Counted from the stretch's first letter, positions 27,949-38,413 are shown. The stretch: 64,000 bases of DNA from an uncultured bacterium (GCA_964354155.1 CAYGYG010000001.1:11121-75120); one strand, 5' to 3'. Notes: generated from the letters alone by a model not told the origin. Program-made: numbers and translations.

Positions 27949-28659
27949 GTGAATAAGTTCAGCAGAATATGTGTCCTGGCGCTATCCGGCCTGGCGCTCG
28001 CCCAGGCCGCCGAAATGCCCGCCCGGCTGACAATGCTGGTGGGCGAGGTCGAGGTCTCGCGCAACGGCGTTGCCTTCAAGGCGCCGCTAAACTACGATTT
28101 GCTGATGGGCGACATCGTGACGACCAAGGCGGAGTCCTATTGCGAGATTAAGTTCTCGACCCAATCTCTGGTGCGTCTTGAGTCAAACTCGAGTATGAGG
28201 ATCGAGCGCAAAGATGTCGCCAAGGACCGTAAGGTCACCCGGCTCTTCCTGATGCTGGGGGAGATCGTGGCCAAGATCGCCAAGGTCGGGAAACGGGATG
28301 TCTATGAAGTCAAGACGAACTCGGCGCAGGCCTTCGTGCGCGGCACCATATTCAAGCTGAAAGTAGACCAGGACGGCTCAAGCCTTTTCAGCGTCTTTGA
28401 AGGCAAACTCGGCGTTCAGGGCCTGATTAAAGGGGCCAAAGAGCTGATGATGAATCAGAATTTCCAGGGCAAGATCACCGTCGGACAGCTCGCGCCGGCG
28501 ATTCAGAAGATCAGTCCTGAGGAATTGCAGAAGTTCCAGCAGACCTTCAAGGGCTTCCTGGATCGCAGCGCCGAATTCGAGAAAGCGCTCAAGGATCTGG
28601 AAAAGAACATGGAGAAGACCCAGTATTACCAGAAGGCGAAGAAGGGCTGCTTGTTCTAA
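27949..28659 (+). CDS. FecR-domain protein (secreted)
   Basis: AAGGAG Shine-Dalgarno 6 nt before the GTG at 27949. Signal peptide (NKFSRICVLALSGLALAQA). FecR-like motif (LLMGDIVTT...SLVRLESNSSMRIE). Confidence 0.55.
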   Translation: MNKFSRICVLALSGLALAQAAEMPARLTMLVGEVEVSRNGVAFKAPLNYDLLMGDIVTTKAESYCEIKFSTQSLVRLESNSSMRIERKDVAKDRKVTRLFLMLGEIVAKIAKVGKRDVYEVKTNSAQAFVRGTIFKLKVDQDGSSLFSVFEGKLGVQGLIKGAKELMMNQNFQGKITVGQLAPAIQKISPEELQKFQQTFKGFLDRSAEFEKALKDLEKNMEKTQYYQKAKKGCLF

Positions 28660-29457
28660 ATGAGGATTCTGTTCGCGGCGGCTCTGCTCCTGTCCTGTTC
28701 GATTCCGCCGTCCGACAAGAAGGGAGTGAGAGTCGTCTCATTGGCCCCGAGTCTGACTGAAATTGTCTACGTGTTGAACCGGGGTGATAACTTAGTCGGG
28801 GTTACGACCCACTGCGACTACCCGCCGGCGGCGGGCACCAAGTACAAGGTCGGCGATTTCTCCACCCAGTCAGTTGAGCGAATCATGCTGACGCGGCCCG
28901 ACGTGGTTTTAGTCAGTCTGCCGGAACAGGCCCGCATCAAGAACGATCTGGAGATACTGGGGATCAGAACCTACAACTCGTCTCCGGCGACGATCGAAGA
29001 CATTCTGCTCGAAATACGAAAGCTGGGGCGGATCTTGGACGCGGTCGCGCGGGCCGATTCAGTGATTGACAGTCTGCGGCACGAGCTGGCGACGGCAGGC
29101 CATGCGACCGGGTCTGATTCGCCGGCGGTGTATCTTGAGATTGCACTCCAACCTTTAGTCACGGTGGGCGGCAAGTCCTACATCAACGAGGCAATTGCGA
29201 GGGCCGGAGGCAGAAACATCTTTCGCGATTTGCCGGTTGATTACCCGGTGGTCGCCCAGGAAGAGATTATCCGGCGGAATCCCGACGTGATTTTCATTTT
29301 GCATGATGCGCCGACCGGTACGCGAATCGGCTGGGAAATGGTGTCGGCGGTCAAGCAGAAGCGCATCTACGACGACATTGACCCGGACTTAGTCTTCCGG
29401 CCCGGACCGCGGATTGTCGAGGGCATAAGACAGATGAGCCGGCGGCTGGACGAGTGA
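28660..29457 (+). CDS. ABC transporter periplasmic substrate-binding protein (BtuF/FecB-like; cobalamin or Fe3+-siderophore class)
   Basis: VVSLAPSLTEIVYVLNRGDNLVGVTTHCDYP N-terminal signature of BtuF-like binding proteins, followed by permease and ATPase genes. Confidence 0.75.
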   Translation: MRILFAAALLLSCSIPPSDKKGVRVVSLAPSLTEIVYVLNRGDNLVGVTTHCDYPPAAGTKYKVGDFSTQSVERIMLTRPDVVLVSLPEQARIKNDLEILGIRTYNSSPATIEDILLEIRKLGRILDAVARADSVIDSLRHELATAGHATGSDSPAVYLEIALQPLVTVGGKSYINEAIARAGGRNIFRDLPVDYPVVAQEEIIRRNPDVIFILHDAPTGTRIGWEMVSAVKQKRIYDDIDPDLVFRPGPRIVEGIRQMSRRLDE

Positions 29458-29461
29458 GCGC

Positions 29462-30412
29462 GTGCCGATGAAAAAGGCGATCCTGCTTGCGGCCTTCTTC
29501 CTCTTGGCCGCGGCAATATCGATGATGGCCGGACCGGTTTGGCTCTGGCCGTGGTCATTCTTCGGCCCGGGGGAGCTCAATCAGGTTATTTTTAACTTGA
29601 GAATCACGAGAACCCTCCTGGGCGTCTTGAGCGGGGGTATCCTGGCCGGTTGCGGCCTCTATCTGCAGGGCCTGCTCAACAATCCGCTCGTCGAACCCTA
29701 CACACTGGGAACGGCTTCGGGCGCGGCCTTGGGCGCGGCCGTGAGCTTGGTTCTATTTCACTTCGTCAATCCGGTTTTCTCGTTTTTCGGGGCGATCGCC
29801 GCCAGCGGTGTGGTGGTGCTCACGGGCCGATTCGAGGGCCGGTTTACCCGGGAACGACTGATTCTATCCGGCGTGGTACTCAGCTTTCTCTGTTCGAGTT
29901 TGGTCATGATCATCCTGGTGCTGGGCGGCAAGGAGCTGGGCGAGATTATCTACCTGCTAATGGGCAACCTGGGTCTGGTCGTGACCGGGGCCCGCCTGCC
30001 TTACTACCTGGTGCTTGCCGCGGCGGCCGTTGTCATCTACGTTATCGTGTTCTCGCGAAGCCGGGAGTTGGACATCATGTCATCGGGCATTGAGACCGCG
30101 CGCAGCCTGGGCGTCAATACCGAGCGGCTGACACTGGCGGTATTCTTGCTGGTCTCGCTTATGGTTGCGCTGGTCGTGTCGGTAGTGGGCGCGGTTGGTT
30201 TTGTCGGCCTGGTCGTTCCGCACATCACGAGGAAGATCTTCGGCTCGGCCCACCACCGGGTGGCGCTGGCCTCGTTCTTTCTGGGCGGTGCCTTTGTGCT
30301 TCTGGCCGACGCGGCGGCGCGGAGCGTGACGCCGATCGAAATGCCGGTCGGTGTCGTTACTTCGCTGATCGGCGTACCCTTCTTTCTTATCCTGCAGGCG
30401 AGGCGTCGATGA
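29462..30412 (+). CDS. ABC transporter permease, FecCD/BtuC family
   Basis: Polytopic ~316 aa protein with the FecCD-family conserved Gly-rich segments. Confidence 0.8.
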   Translation: MPMKKAILLAAFFLLAAAISMMAGPVWLWPWSFFGPGELNQVIFNLRITRTLLGVLSGGILAGCGLYLQGLLNNPLVEPYTLGTASGAALGAAVSLVLFHFVNPVFSFFGAIAASGVVVLTGRFEGRFTRERLILSGVVLSFLCSSLVMIILVLGGKELGEIIYLLMGNLGLVVTGARLPYYLVLAAAAVVIYVIVFSRSRELDIMSSGIETARSLGVNTERLTLAVFLLVSLMVALVVSVVGAVGFVGLVVPHITRKIFGSAHHRVALASFFLGGAFVLLADAAARSVTPIEMPVGVVTSLIGVPFFLILQARRR

Positions 30413-31182
30413 CTGCCTTCGAAGTCCGGCATCTGCGGTTCCGGTACATTAACAATGCCGTGCTTGAGGACCTGTCGTTTACGATTGACGGCGGAGATTT
30501 CTTCGGGATTATCGGTCCGAACGGGGCCGGCAAGTCGACGCTTCTAAGAATACTTGGGCGGGTCCTTGATGGCCAGCCCGGTACGGTCCGCGTCTTCGGC
30601 CGGGACATCAGCGCTTATTCCGGGAAGGAGCGGGCGCGCCTGATTGGGTTCGTTCCCCAGGAAACCCATTTCGGACTGGATTTTACCGTTCTGGATGTCA
30701 TAAAGATGGGGCGCTATCCTCACTTGCCGATGCTCGCCCTTGGCGATGAGAGAGATCCGACGTCAGTGGAACAGGCCGTGACGGCGGCGGACATCTCCGC
30801 CTTGAAGGGGCGTATGGTCGATTCTCTTTCTTCAGGAGAAAGGCAGCGAGTGATCATTGCGCGCGCCTTGGCCCAACAGCCGAAGGTTCTGCTTTTAGAC
30901 GAGCCGACCAGCCATCTGGACCTGAAACATCAAGTTGAGATAATGGAGCTGTTAAAGAGGCTCAATGTGAGCGGCCTGACCGTTGTCCTTGTGTCCCATG
31001 ACCTGAACCTGGCCAGCCTCTATTGTTCGAGGATTCTGCTTTTGAACCGAGGTCGGATTGAGGCAATCGACCGACCCGGAAAGATTGTCAGCCGCGAATG
31101 GCTGGCTCAAGTCTACGGTATCGACCCTGAAATAGTATCGCACCCGAAGCAGGGCAAGCCCCAGGTCCTGCTGCCGGGGTAA
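30409..31182 (+). CDS. ABC transporter ATP-binding protein (FecE/BtuD-like)
   Basis: Walker A GPNGAGKSTLL, signature LSSGERQRV and Walker B LLLDEPTSHLD. Confidence 0.9.
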   Translation: MTAFEVRHLRFRYINNAVLEDLSFTIDGGDFFGIIGPNGAGKSTLLRILGRVLDGQPGTVRVFGRDISAYSGKERARLIGFVPQETHFGLDFTVLDVIKMGRYPHLPMLALGDERDPTSVEQAVTAADISALKGRMVDSLSSGERQRVIIARALAQQPKVLLLDEPTSHLDLKHQVEIMELLKRLNVSGLTVVLVSHDLNLASLYCSRILLLNRGRIEAIDRPGKIVSREWLAQVYGIDPEIVSHPKQGKPQVLLPG

Positions 31183-31255
31183 GCGGTGATGGACCGGGCA
31201 AGCTGCCAAATCATCATTTACAAGTCTGGTAATGTGAGTAACATTATGCGATACT

Positions 31256-31987
31256 ATGTTTGACGCTAAGAGTGCCGCCGATTCCATCGTCGGCTGGCTC
31301 AAGCAGCAGCTTGAAGCATCGAAGGCCAAGGGCTTTGTGCTCGGGCTTTCGGGCGGCCTTGATTCGTCGGTGGCCGCCGTTCTAGCCAAGAGGGCGACCG
31401 ACCGCGTACTGGGTCTTCTGCTGCCTTGCGGCGGCGCGCTTAAGGATGTTGGATACGCACTGAAGCTGGCGGGCAAGTTTTCGATCGAAACCAAATCGGC
31501 AGACCTGGTCGGGATGTTTGACGTACTGTGCGAGCAGCTGCCCAAAGGCAGCCAACTTGGCTACGGCAATATCAAACCCCGCCTGAGAATGATTATTCTG
31601 TATTACTATGCCAACCTCAACAACTACCTCGTGCTGGGCACGTCCAACAAGACCGAGCTATCAATCGGGTATTTCACCAAGTACGGGGATGGGGCCTGCG
31701 ACATCGCGCCGCTCGGGGATTTGTACAAGTATCAGGTTGTGGCCGTGGCCCGAGAGCTTGACATCACTGAAGAGATCATCCGGCGGGCACCCAGTGCCGG
31801 CCTCTGGGTGGGGCAGACCGATGAGGCTGAGATCGGCCTGACCTACGCGCAGATGGATCCGGCGCTTGAAGCAATTGAACGCGGTCAGACCGAAGGATTT
31901 GACCCCACGGTAGTCGAAAAACTCCGGAAGATGATCAAGCAGTCTGATCACAAACGTCAGGTTCCGAGGATTTGTAAACTCGGGTAG
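31256..31987 (+). CDS. nadE: NH3-dependent NAD+ synthetase
   Basis: PP-loop motif LGLSGGLDSSVAA. 243 aa. Confidence 0.85.
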   Translation: MFDAKSAADSIVGWLKQQLEASKAKGFVLGLSGGLDSSVAAVLAKRATDRVLGLLLPCGGALKDVGYALKLAGKFSIETKSADLVGMFDVLCEQLPKGSQLGYGNIKPRLRMIILYYYANLNNYLVLGTSNKTELSIGYFTKYGDGACDIAPLGDLYKYQVVAVARELDITEEIIRRAPSAGLWVGQTDEAEIGLTYAQMDPALEAIERGQTEGFDPTVVEKLRKMIKQSDHKRQVPRICKLG

Positions 31988-32163
31988 TGCGCCGGGACGC
32001 ACCCGCGGCTGTATCGCGGAGGGGATGGTGCGTACCTGCTTCCGTATAACCTTACTCGTGTATCATGTTGCAGCACCGCCCTGAGACAAGAGGACGGCCG
32101 GTAGAATCCAATGGAATTTTGGGCCGGTTTTCCTTGTATACCAATGCGAGCACGGAGGTAAAA

Positions 32164-34434
32164 GTGAAAAACTTAATAGCATCCCTACTTCTGACAGTTG
32201 CACCGGTTATGGTGATGTCAGCCGGACCGGCCGGAGAAGGCGGCGGGCAGGATCTGTCGCCGTACTTTATGGTCCAGGGAGATCCGAAGGTTGAGCGTTT
32301 CCCATTGCTTGAGACCAAGGCCAAGGTCAATATCGCGGGCATGACCGCTGAAGTCGAACTGACCCAGGTCTACAAGAATGACGGCAAGAAGACGATTGAG
32401 GCGGTCTACGTCTTCCCGCTGGGCACAAGATCGGCGATTCACGCCATGCGTATGAAGATCGCGGACCGGGTCATCGACGCGGAAATCGAAGAGACGATGA
32501 AGGCCCAGAAGATATACGAGCAGGCCAAGGCCGACGGCAAGGTTGCTTCGCTGCTTGAGCAGAAACGCCCAAACGTTTTTCAGATGAAGGTTGCCAACAT
32601 AATGCCCGGTGACGTTGTCGAAGTCATTGTCCGGTATACCGAGATCCTGGTGCCGGAAGCAGGCGTCTACGAGTTTGTCTACCCGACCGTGGTCGGCCCC
32701 CGGTACACCGGCGAGTCATCGGCCAGCGACCTCAAGGGCAAGGACAATTGGGCGGTCTCGCCCTACCTGCACGAGGGCGAGGTCGCGCCGTACAAGTTCG
32801 ACATCAATGTCCACGTGAAAACCGGACTGCCGCTGGCCAAGGTCTGGGTGACATCGCATAAGGTTGATGTTAGCCGATCGGGCCGGGATGAAGCCGCAGT
32901 GACGTTGTCACCGAGAGAAGTGAACGGCGGCAACCGTGATTTCATCTTGAAATACACCCTCCAGGGCAATGCAATCCAGACCGGTCTCTTGCTCTACCCG
33001 GGCGAAGATGAGAACTTCTTCCTGCTGATGCTGGAACCGCCGGAAAAAGTGAACATCAGGATGGTGCCCGCCCGTGAGTATGTCTTCATTCTTGATGTCT
33101 CGGGCTCGATGTCCGGGTTCCCGCTCGACGTATCCAAAGCCCTGGTTACGAAGATCATTCAGAATCTACGGCACAAGGACTACTTCAACATCCTATTCTT
33201 CGCCGGCGGTTCGGATGTGCTTTCCGACCGGCCGCTACCGGCGACCGAAGAGAATAAGAAGCGAGCCCTCGAAATGGTCATGGCCCAAAGCGGCGGTGGG
33301 GGTACGGAGATCCTTGATGCCTTTAAGCGGGCTCTGGCCATGCCCAAGAAGAAGGGTCTATCCCGGATCATCGTTACCGCAACCGACGGCTACGTCTCGG
33401 TCGAAAAGCAGGTCTTCGACATGATCAGCGAGAACCTTGGTGATGCGAACTTCTTTGCGTTCGGCATCGGCACCGGCGTGAACCGTTACATAATCGAAGG
33501 CATTGCCCGCGTCGGTATGGGCGAGCCGTTCATCGCCACCACTGAAGAGGAAGCCACGCAGGTCGCCAGCAAGTTCACTAGCTACATCGAGAACCCCTTG
33601 CTGACCGATATCGACGTCCAGTTTGTCGGGTTCGATGCCTATGACGTGGAGCCGCTGGCGTTACCAGACCTCTTTGCCCAGCGCCCGTTGATTCTGTACG
33701 GGAAGTATCGCAAGGCCGCCGGGAGAATCAAGATAAGTGGCCGTACGCCGGCCGGCGACTATCGCCGCGAGATTGATGTTGCGGCTTTGCTTGAGAGCAA
33801 GGAGAACTCGGCGCTTAAGTACCTTTGGGCGCGGGAGCGGATTGCCCGCCTTGCCGATTACGGGCGAATCGGTATTGACGTGAAAGATGAGGTCACCAAG
33901 CTTGGATTGAAATACCATCTGATGACCGAATACACCTCGTTTGTCGCAGTTGACAAAATCGTCCGGAAGACCGGGGAGATCGAAACGGTCAAGCAGCCTC
34001 TGCCCCTGCCTCAAGGTGTCAGCGACTACGCGGTCGGCGGGGTAGCCAGCGCCAGGCCGTCGACAATGCCACAGGCCATCGGGCTGGCAGCAAGGGAAGT
34101 AAAGACTGAGGTCGACGACAAGCGGGGCGGCGAGAAGACGCCGGCCCAGCTGACGGTAACCGGCGGCAGCGTTCCGGCGGGAGTCAATCTGAGCGACATC
34201 GAGAATGCGCTTCTTGGACAACTGAAGGCGGACCTTGAGAAGGCTTGCAAGAAGTTCAAACTTGGCAAGCTGACGGTGAAACTCGTGATCGAACAGGGCG
34301 TGGTGAAGACGGTGACGGTTGAAGGCTTGAAGGTGAACGCCAAGGCAAAGTCCGAGATCGAAGCGATCATCAAGCGATTGAAGCTGAACGCCAAGTTGAC
34401 CGGCAATATCACACTGAAGCTGGCGTATCTCTAA
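32164..34434 (+). CDS. VIT + von Willebrand factor type A domain protein (secreted)
   Basis: GGAGGT Shine-Dalgarno 5 nt before the GTG at 32164. Signal peptide. VIT-like N-terminal domain. VWA MIDAS region (VFILDVSGSMSG...TDG). Confidence 0.7.
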   Translation: MKNLIASLLLTVAPVMVMSAGPAGEGGGQDLSPYFMVQGDPKVERFPLLETKAKVNIAGMTAEVELTQVYKNDGKKTIEAVYVFPLGTRSAIHAMRMKIADRVIDAEIEETMKAQKIYEQAKADGKVASLLEQKRPNVFQMKVANIMPGDVVEVIVRYTEILVPEAGVYEFVYPTVVGPRYTGESSASDLKGKDNWAVSPYLHEGEVAPYKFDINVHVKTGLPLAKVWVTSHKVDVSRSGRDEAAVTLSPREVNGGNRDFILKYTLQGNAIQTGLLLYPGEDENFFLLMLEPPEKVNIRMVPAREYVFILDVSGSMSGFPLDVSKALVTKIIQNLRHKDYFNILFFAGGSDVLSDRPLPATEENKKRALEMVMAQSGGGGTEILDAFKRALAMPKKKGLSRIIVTATDGYVSVEKQVFDMISENLGDANFFAFGIGTGVNRYIIEGIARVGMGEPFIATTEEEATQVASKFTSYIENPLLTDIDVQFVGFDAYDVEPLALPDLFAQRPLILYGKYRKAAGRIKISGRTPAGDYRREIDVAALLESKENSALKYLWARERIARLADYGRIGIDVKDEVTKLGLKYHLMTEYTSFVAVDKIVRKTGEIETVKQPLPLPQGVSDYAVGGVASARPSTMPQAIGLAAREVKTEVDDKRGGEKTPAQLTVTGGSVPAGVNLSDIENALLGQLKADLEKACKKFKLGKLTVKLVIEQGVVKTVTVEGLKVNAKAKSEIEAIIKRLKLNAKLTGNITLKLAYL

Positions 34435-34461
34435 CGTTACCTACATTGCCCGCTGATTATG

Positions 34462-34496
34462 TCAGAGAGAGACTCCTGGAGGGGGAGTTTCTCTTT
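34462..34496. terminator. Putative bidirectional terminator hairpin between convergent genes
   Basis: Imperfect inverted repeat gagagagactcc-tgga-ggggagtttctct followed by ttt. Confidence 0.35.
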
Positions 34497-36617
34497 TCAG
34501 AGAGAAGGAGGATGCCCTAAGGGCCTGTCCCTGGTTTCCCCAATCCCAACAACCTCATATTCTACATCGTTGATGCGGACCGTCTGACCCACGCTCTTGC
34601 CCAGCAATGATTTGGCCAGAGGTGCTTCGTTGGAAATGATATTCTTCTCCAAATCCGTGTCCCACCGTCCAAGAATCGTGTACGCTGTCTCAATCGCGGA
34701 ATTCGCATCTTTGAGCGTCACCCGGGTGCCGACTGAGACGTGGGTCGTATCGACCTGGCCGAGTTCGATGACCTTGACTTTCTCGAGCGCGCTTTCCAGG
34801 TCCCTGACCTTCTGATAGAGTTGATCCTGCCGTTCCTTTGCCACCTTGTACTCGAAGTTCTCGCTCAAGTCGCCAAACTCCCGGGCCCGGCTGATATCCT
34901 TCTTGTTCTCAGGGATTTCAACATCGAGGATGTGCCGCAGTTCTTCCCGTTTGCGGACGACGGCTTCTTTGGTGGAGTAGATGATCGCTTCGTCTTTGGG
35001 AAAGAGCTGTGGGAAGTGATGTTCGATGATGCGGCGATAGTCCTTTTTTTCGTGCTCGGCAAGAGCCTCGCTTGCGTCGAGGGCCACCAGAATCCGGCTT
35101 GCTTCGTCGGCGCCGGCATTACCGAGCAGGCGGTCAAAGGTTTCAAGGTCAAGAATCTTGAAGACCAAGGAACGGATGCCTTTGACTTGATCAAGGCTGT
35201 TTATCATTCTGAGCACGTAGGCCGGACTGTGGTACTCGGTAAGTTCACCCCGGGACATCTTCTTGAGGAGCCATTGATACTGTTCAACGTAGTTATGCGG
35301 GAGCATGAAGATTGTCTGAAAGAGTTCTCTGAGTACCTCAGGCTGCGCACTCAAATGCTTCTCGATTTCTCCAAAGAGGGCCGGCTCACGGCCGGCGAGG
35401 ATGAGCTTCTTGAGGACGCTGGTCCAGTCATCAGGGTGTTGGCGCTTGATAAGGCCGAGGAGATAGCGCTGGTGGTCGATACTTGAGAGTTTGTGGATGA
35501 TGACTTCGGGCTTGTGTTCGAGGAGAATTGTTTCGGCGTCGAAGCCCAGCCTGACGGCTGGGTTGTGATCCTGAAAGAGAAGCGCGACATCCAGGGCTAG
35601 GCTGGGCTCCCGGTCCCGATTTGGGGCTATGGCCTTGGCCAGGCGCGGGGCGATCAGTTCGAAAAGATCCATCTTCTTGCGGGCGTACTCTTCAGCCAGC
35701 AGGTACTTTCCCGGCAGGTCGGCTCGGTCAAACGCGGCGACTGCTTCCTCGTCTTTGTCAACGCCCGAGGCAACGTACTCGTACGTTTTCTGAGTTTTGC
35801 CCGCCACCCTTACGTTACGACTAGCTTCAATCTGCTTTCGTGACTTCTCCCAGACGCGGGTCGCTTCCTCTTTTTCGGCGAGCGTCTCAAGATAAGACTT
35901 GATCTGCCCGGGAGTGAGGGGACTGTTCATGCTTTTGATAATCAGCAAGAGAAGAGACTCAGGGTCATTGTCGACCATTTGCCGAAGCTCGGCTGGCGCC
36001 TTGGCCCGGCGGTAGTGGAAGCTGTCGACGGCGACGGGGATAAGGAGTTTACGTGCCACGTCGAAGTCGAGAAAGTGTCGGCCTTTTTTTTCGAAATCGA
36101 ATACGATTTCGCGTTTCGGAATAATGACCTCGGTGACGATGCCCAGGCCATAGTTTTCGAAGAAGAAGTAGTTGCCAACATCAAAAACGAGCAACGCTTC
36201 GAGTCTCTCCAGGGCTTTGAAGAACCCGTCCCTCCGTTTCAATCCGGAAATCTCAATGTATTTGTCCAGATTGAGGCTCGCGGGGTGAGCCTTGCGGTAG
36301 AGTCCGGAAACCCTCTCCCGCACCTTCAGGTCATCGGTGACGAAAAAAATGCTGTTCCGGCAGGCAATGATTGCGGACTGAAAGTCATGTTTCGATTCGA
36401 AGTCCTCGGTCAAGAGCTCCATGAGCATGAGCGCCTTGTCGGTTGCCCCGGCTTTCTTCAAAGCCTGGGCAATCGAGACGAACTCGTCAACCGGATGGCC
36501 GGCCTCCATCATATCCATCCAGCGGTCTTCTACACCTTCGAAGTTCTTGTTCTCGATAAGTTTGGCGATTTCGTCAGGCACACCCAATGATAGTGATTTT
36601 GACAACAGATTCAACAT
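34497..36617 (-). CDS. Large (≈707 aa) protein with C-terminal GreA/GreB transcript-cleavage-factor domain
   Basis: The C-terminal ~150 aa match GreA (coiled-coil EFGDLSENFEYKVAKERQ... plus an FKBP-like domain ...VEYEVVGI). The ~550-aa N-terminal region is helical and of unknown function. The start is taken at the ATG at 36617. Confidence 0.65.
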   Translation of the reverse strand: MLNLLSKSLSLGVPDEIAKLIENKNFEGVEDRWMDMMEAGHPVDEFVSIAQALKKAGATDKALMLMELLTEDFESKHDFQSAIIACRNSIFFVTDDLKVRERVSGLYRKAHPASLNLDKYIEISGLKRRDGFFKALERLEALLVFDVGNYFFFENYGLGIVTEVIIPKREIVFDFEKKGRHFLDFDVARKLLIPVAVDSFHYRRAKAPAELRQMVDNDPESLLLLIIKSMNSPLTPGQIKSYLETLAEKEEATRVWEKSRKQIEASRNVRVAGKTQKTYEYVASGVDKDEEAVAAFDRADLPGKYLLAEEYARKKMDLFELIAPRLAKAIAPNRDREPSLALDVALLFQDHNPAVRLGFDAETILLEHKPEVIIHKLSSIDHQRYLLGLIKRQHPDDWTSVLKKLILAGREPALFGEIEKHLSAQPEVLRELFQTIFMLPHNYVEQYQWLLKKMSRGELTEYHSPAYVLRMINSLDQVKGIRSLVFKILDLETFDRLLGNAGADEASRILVALDASEALAEHEKKDYRRIIEHHFPQLFPKDEAIIYSTKEAVVRKREELRHILDVEIPENKKDISRAREFGDLSENFEYKVAKERQDQLYQKVRDLESALEKVKVIELGQVDTTHVSVGTRVTLKDANSAIETAYTILGRWDTDLEKNIISNEAPLAKSLLGKSVGQTVRINDVEYEVVGIGETRDRPLGHPPSL

Positions 36618-36937
36618 CAAATATCAGATATCAGATATCAAAACGTGGAACGTACGAGAACCTATCGGGACTGACCCGTTGTGTAGGTCTGTCCCGGGTT
36701 TCCAATCTGTCATTGCGAGCCCGCCACGCTGCTTGGCGGGCGTGGCAATCTGCGGTTTTGCCCCATGATTCCATAATTCCACTATTCCATCATTCCGTCT
36801 TATCGTGGATCGTGTATCCTGGATCGAGCATCATCTGTTGCGTCCGTCATCGCCTCGGGCGACCGTCCATTCCCGCCTTGACACCCGATGGGGTGCGGGT
36901 AGAATGATCCGTGCGCGAACTCACAAGGAGGTCAGCC

Positions 36938-37777
36938 GTGAAGAGAGAATCAATATTGATGTTTCAGGTCGATGCCTTTGCTGATAAGCCATTCAATGGT
37001 AATCCGGCCGCGGTGTGCATTCTTAGGCGGCGGCTTCAGGACAGCGTCCGGCAGAGCATCGCCGCCGAGATGAATCTGTCGGAAACGGCGTTTCTTGAAA
37101 TCCTGGACAAAAAGCCCATCACTCAAAACCAAGAATTCGGCCTACGCTGGTTCACGCCCAAGGTCGAGGTGCCGCTGTGCGGCCATGCAACCCTGGCGAC
37201 GGCCGCGGTGCTCTTCGACGAGTTTGGTGTTCGGGGTAAGACGATCAAGTTTCATACCAGAAGCGGTGTCTTGCTGGCCCGGAAGGAAAAACAGGGCATC
37301 GTGCTTGACTTTCCGGCCAATCCGCCGCGGCCGTGTAAAGTGCCGGCCCTCCTGATGCAGGCCATCGGCATCAAGCGAGCCAAGAAGGTCATGTATTCAC
37401 CGGGCATGCGCATGCTCTTAATTCACCTCGGTGATGCCGCAGCCGTGCGAAGGCTGAGGCCGGACTTCGGACGCATGCGTTCGGCGACCGTGCCCAAGGG
37501 GGTACTGGGCGTGATCGTGACCGCAGCCGGCTCCAGGGGTGTTGATTTTGTTTCGAGGTTCTTCGGACCCTGGGTGGGTGTTAATGAAGACCCGGTTACC
37601 GGTTCGGCCCACACCGTGCTGGGCCCGTATTGGTCGGGGCTTTTTAAGAAGAAAACGATGACCGCCTTTCAGTGCTCGGCGCGGGGCGGTAAGCTCGCCG
37701 TGCGCGTGAAGACAAACAGTCGTGTTGAACTTGTCGGGAAGGCAGTGACGGTGTTGCACGGCATCCTTAGCGTTTAG
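36938..37777 (+). CDS. PhzF-family isomerase (phenazine biosynthesis PhzF-like)
   Basis: MFQVDAFADKPFNGNPAAV N-terminal signature of the PhzF/DAP-epimerase-like family. AAGGAGG Shine-Dalgarno 7 nt before the GTG at 36938. The ATG at 36959 is an alternative start. Confidence 0.8.
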   Translation: MKRESILMFQVDAFADKPFNGNPAAVCILRRRLQDSVRQSIAAEMNLSETAFLEILDKKPITQNQEFGLRWFTPKVEVPLCGHATLATAAVLFDEFGVRGKTIKFHTRSGVLLARKEKQGIVLDFPANPPRPCKVPALLMQAIGIKRAKKVMYSPGMRMLLIHLGDAAAVRRLRPDFGRMRSATVPKGVLGVIVTAAGSRGVDFVSRFFGPWVGVNEDPVTGSAHTVLGPYWSGLFKKKTMTAFQCSARGGKLAVRVKTNSRVELVGKAVTVLHGILSV

Positions 37778-37931
37778 TACAGGCGCATCAAGCACCGGTA
37801 TAGTGTCATTGTGAGGCAATCGCTAAGGGTAGGGACATGCCATGGCGTGTCCCTACTGTGTCTGTGTCATTACGTGCATAGGGCTTGATTTAGACAACAG
37901 CCTGAATATAATGAAATCCAAGGAGGAAACA

Positions 37932-38321
37932 ATGAAGTTACCTTTTGGTGAAATCAAAGAGAATGTGTTGACCGTGAAGTTCTCAACGGCTGACTACTCT
38001 ATCGCCTCGGTCTTGAATGCCGTCAAGCTGCACCTTGACGTTATCAAAGAGATGGACGTCCTTTTCCTCGGCGCCTCGACCGAAATCGTTATGGGACCGA
38101 CGCCGGTCTTCACGCCGGTGCCGGTAGTTGCCCACTTTGAATACGCCGGCAAGGGCAACCCGAAAGAAATCCTGGAAAAGGTCTACCGGACGGTTTGGGA
38201 AGGTATTGTCAATTCCTTCTGCGACGAGGCCTGCTGGGCTCAGTCCAAAGCTGCCTACTCGCAGTTCATCCACTCCCAGGCCGACTTGCTGCGTGCCCGG
38301 GTTGAATCGACGAAAGGATAG
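37932..38321 (+). CDS. Hypothetical protein (129 aa), first gene of the putative CHSA-tail/rSAM cluster
   Basis: AGGAGG Shine-Dalgarno 5 nt before the ATG at 37932. No recognisable family. Confidence 0.45.
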   Translation: MKLPFGEIKENVLTVKFSTADYSIASVLNAVKLHLDVIKEMDVLFLGASTEIVMGPTPVFTPVPVVAHFEYAGKGNPKEILEKVYRTVWEGIVNSFCDEACWAQSKAAYSQFIHSQADLLRARVESTKG

Positions 38322-38413
38322 TTGGATTTAGTCCGCCTAAGGCGGATTGGGATTTAGTGCTTGAGACGCTAATGACCAGCCGTCCAGATCTAGAAACGTA
38401 ATCGAGAACCATA

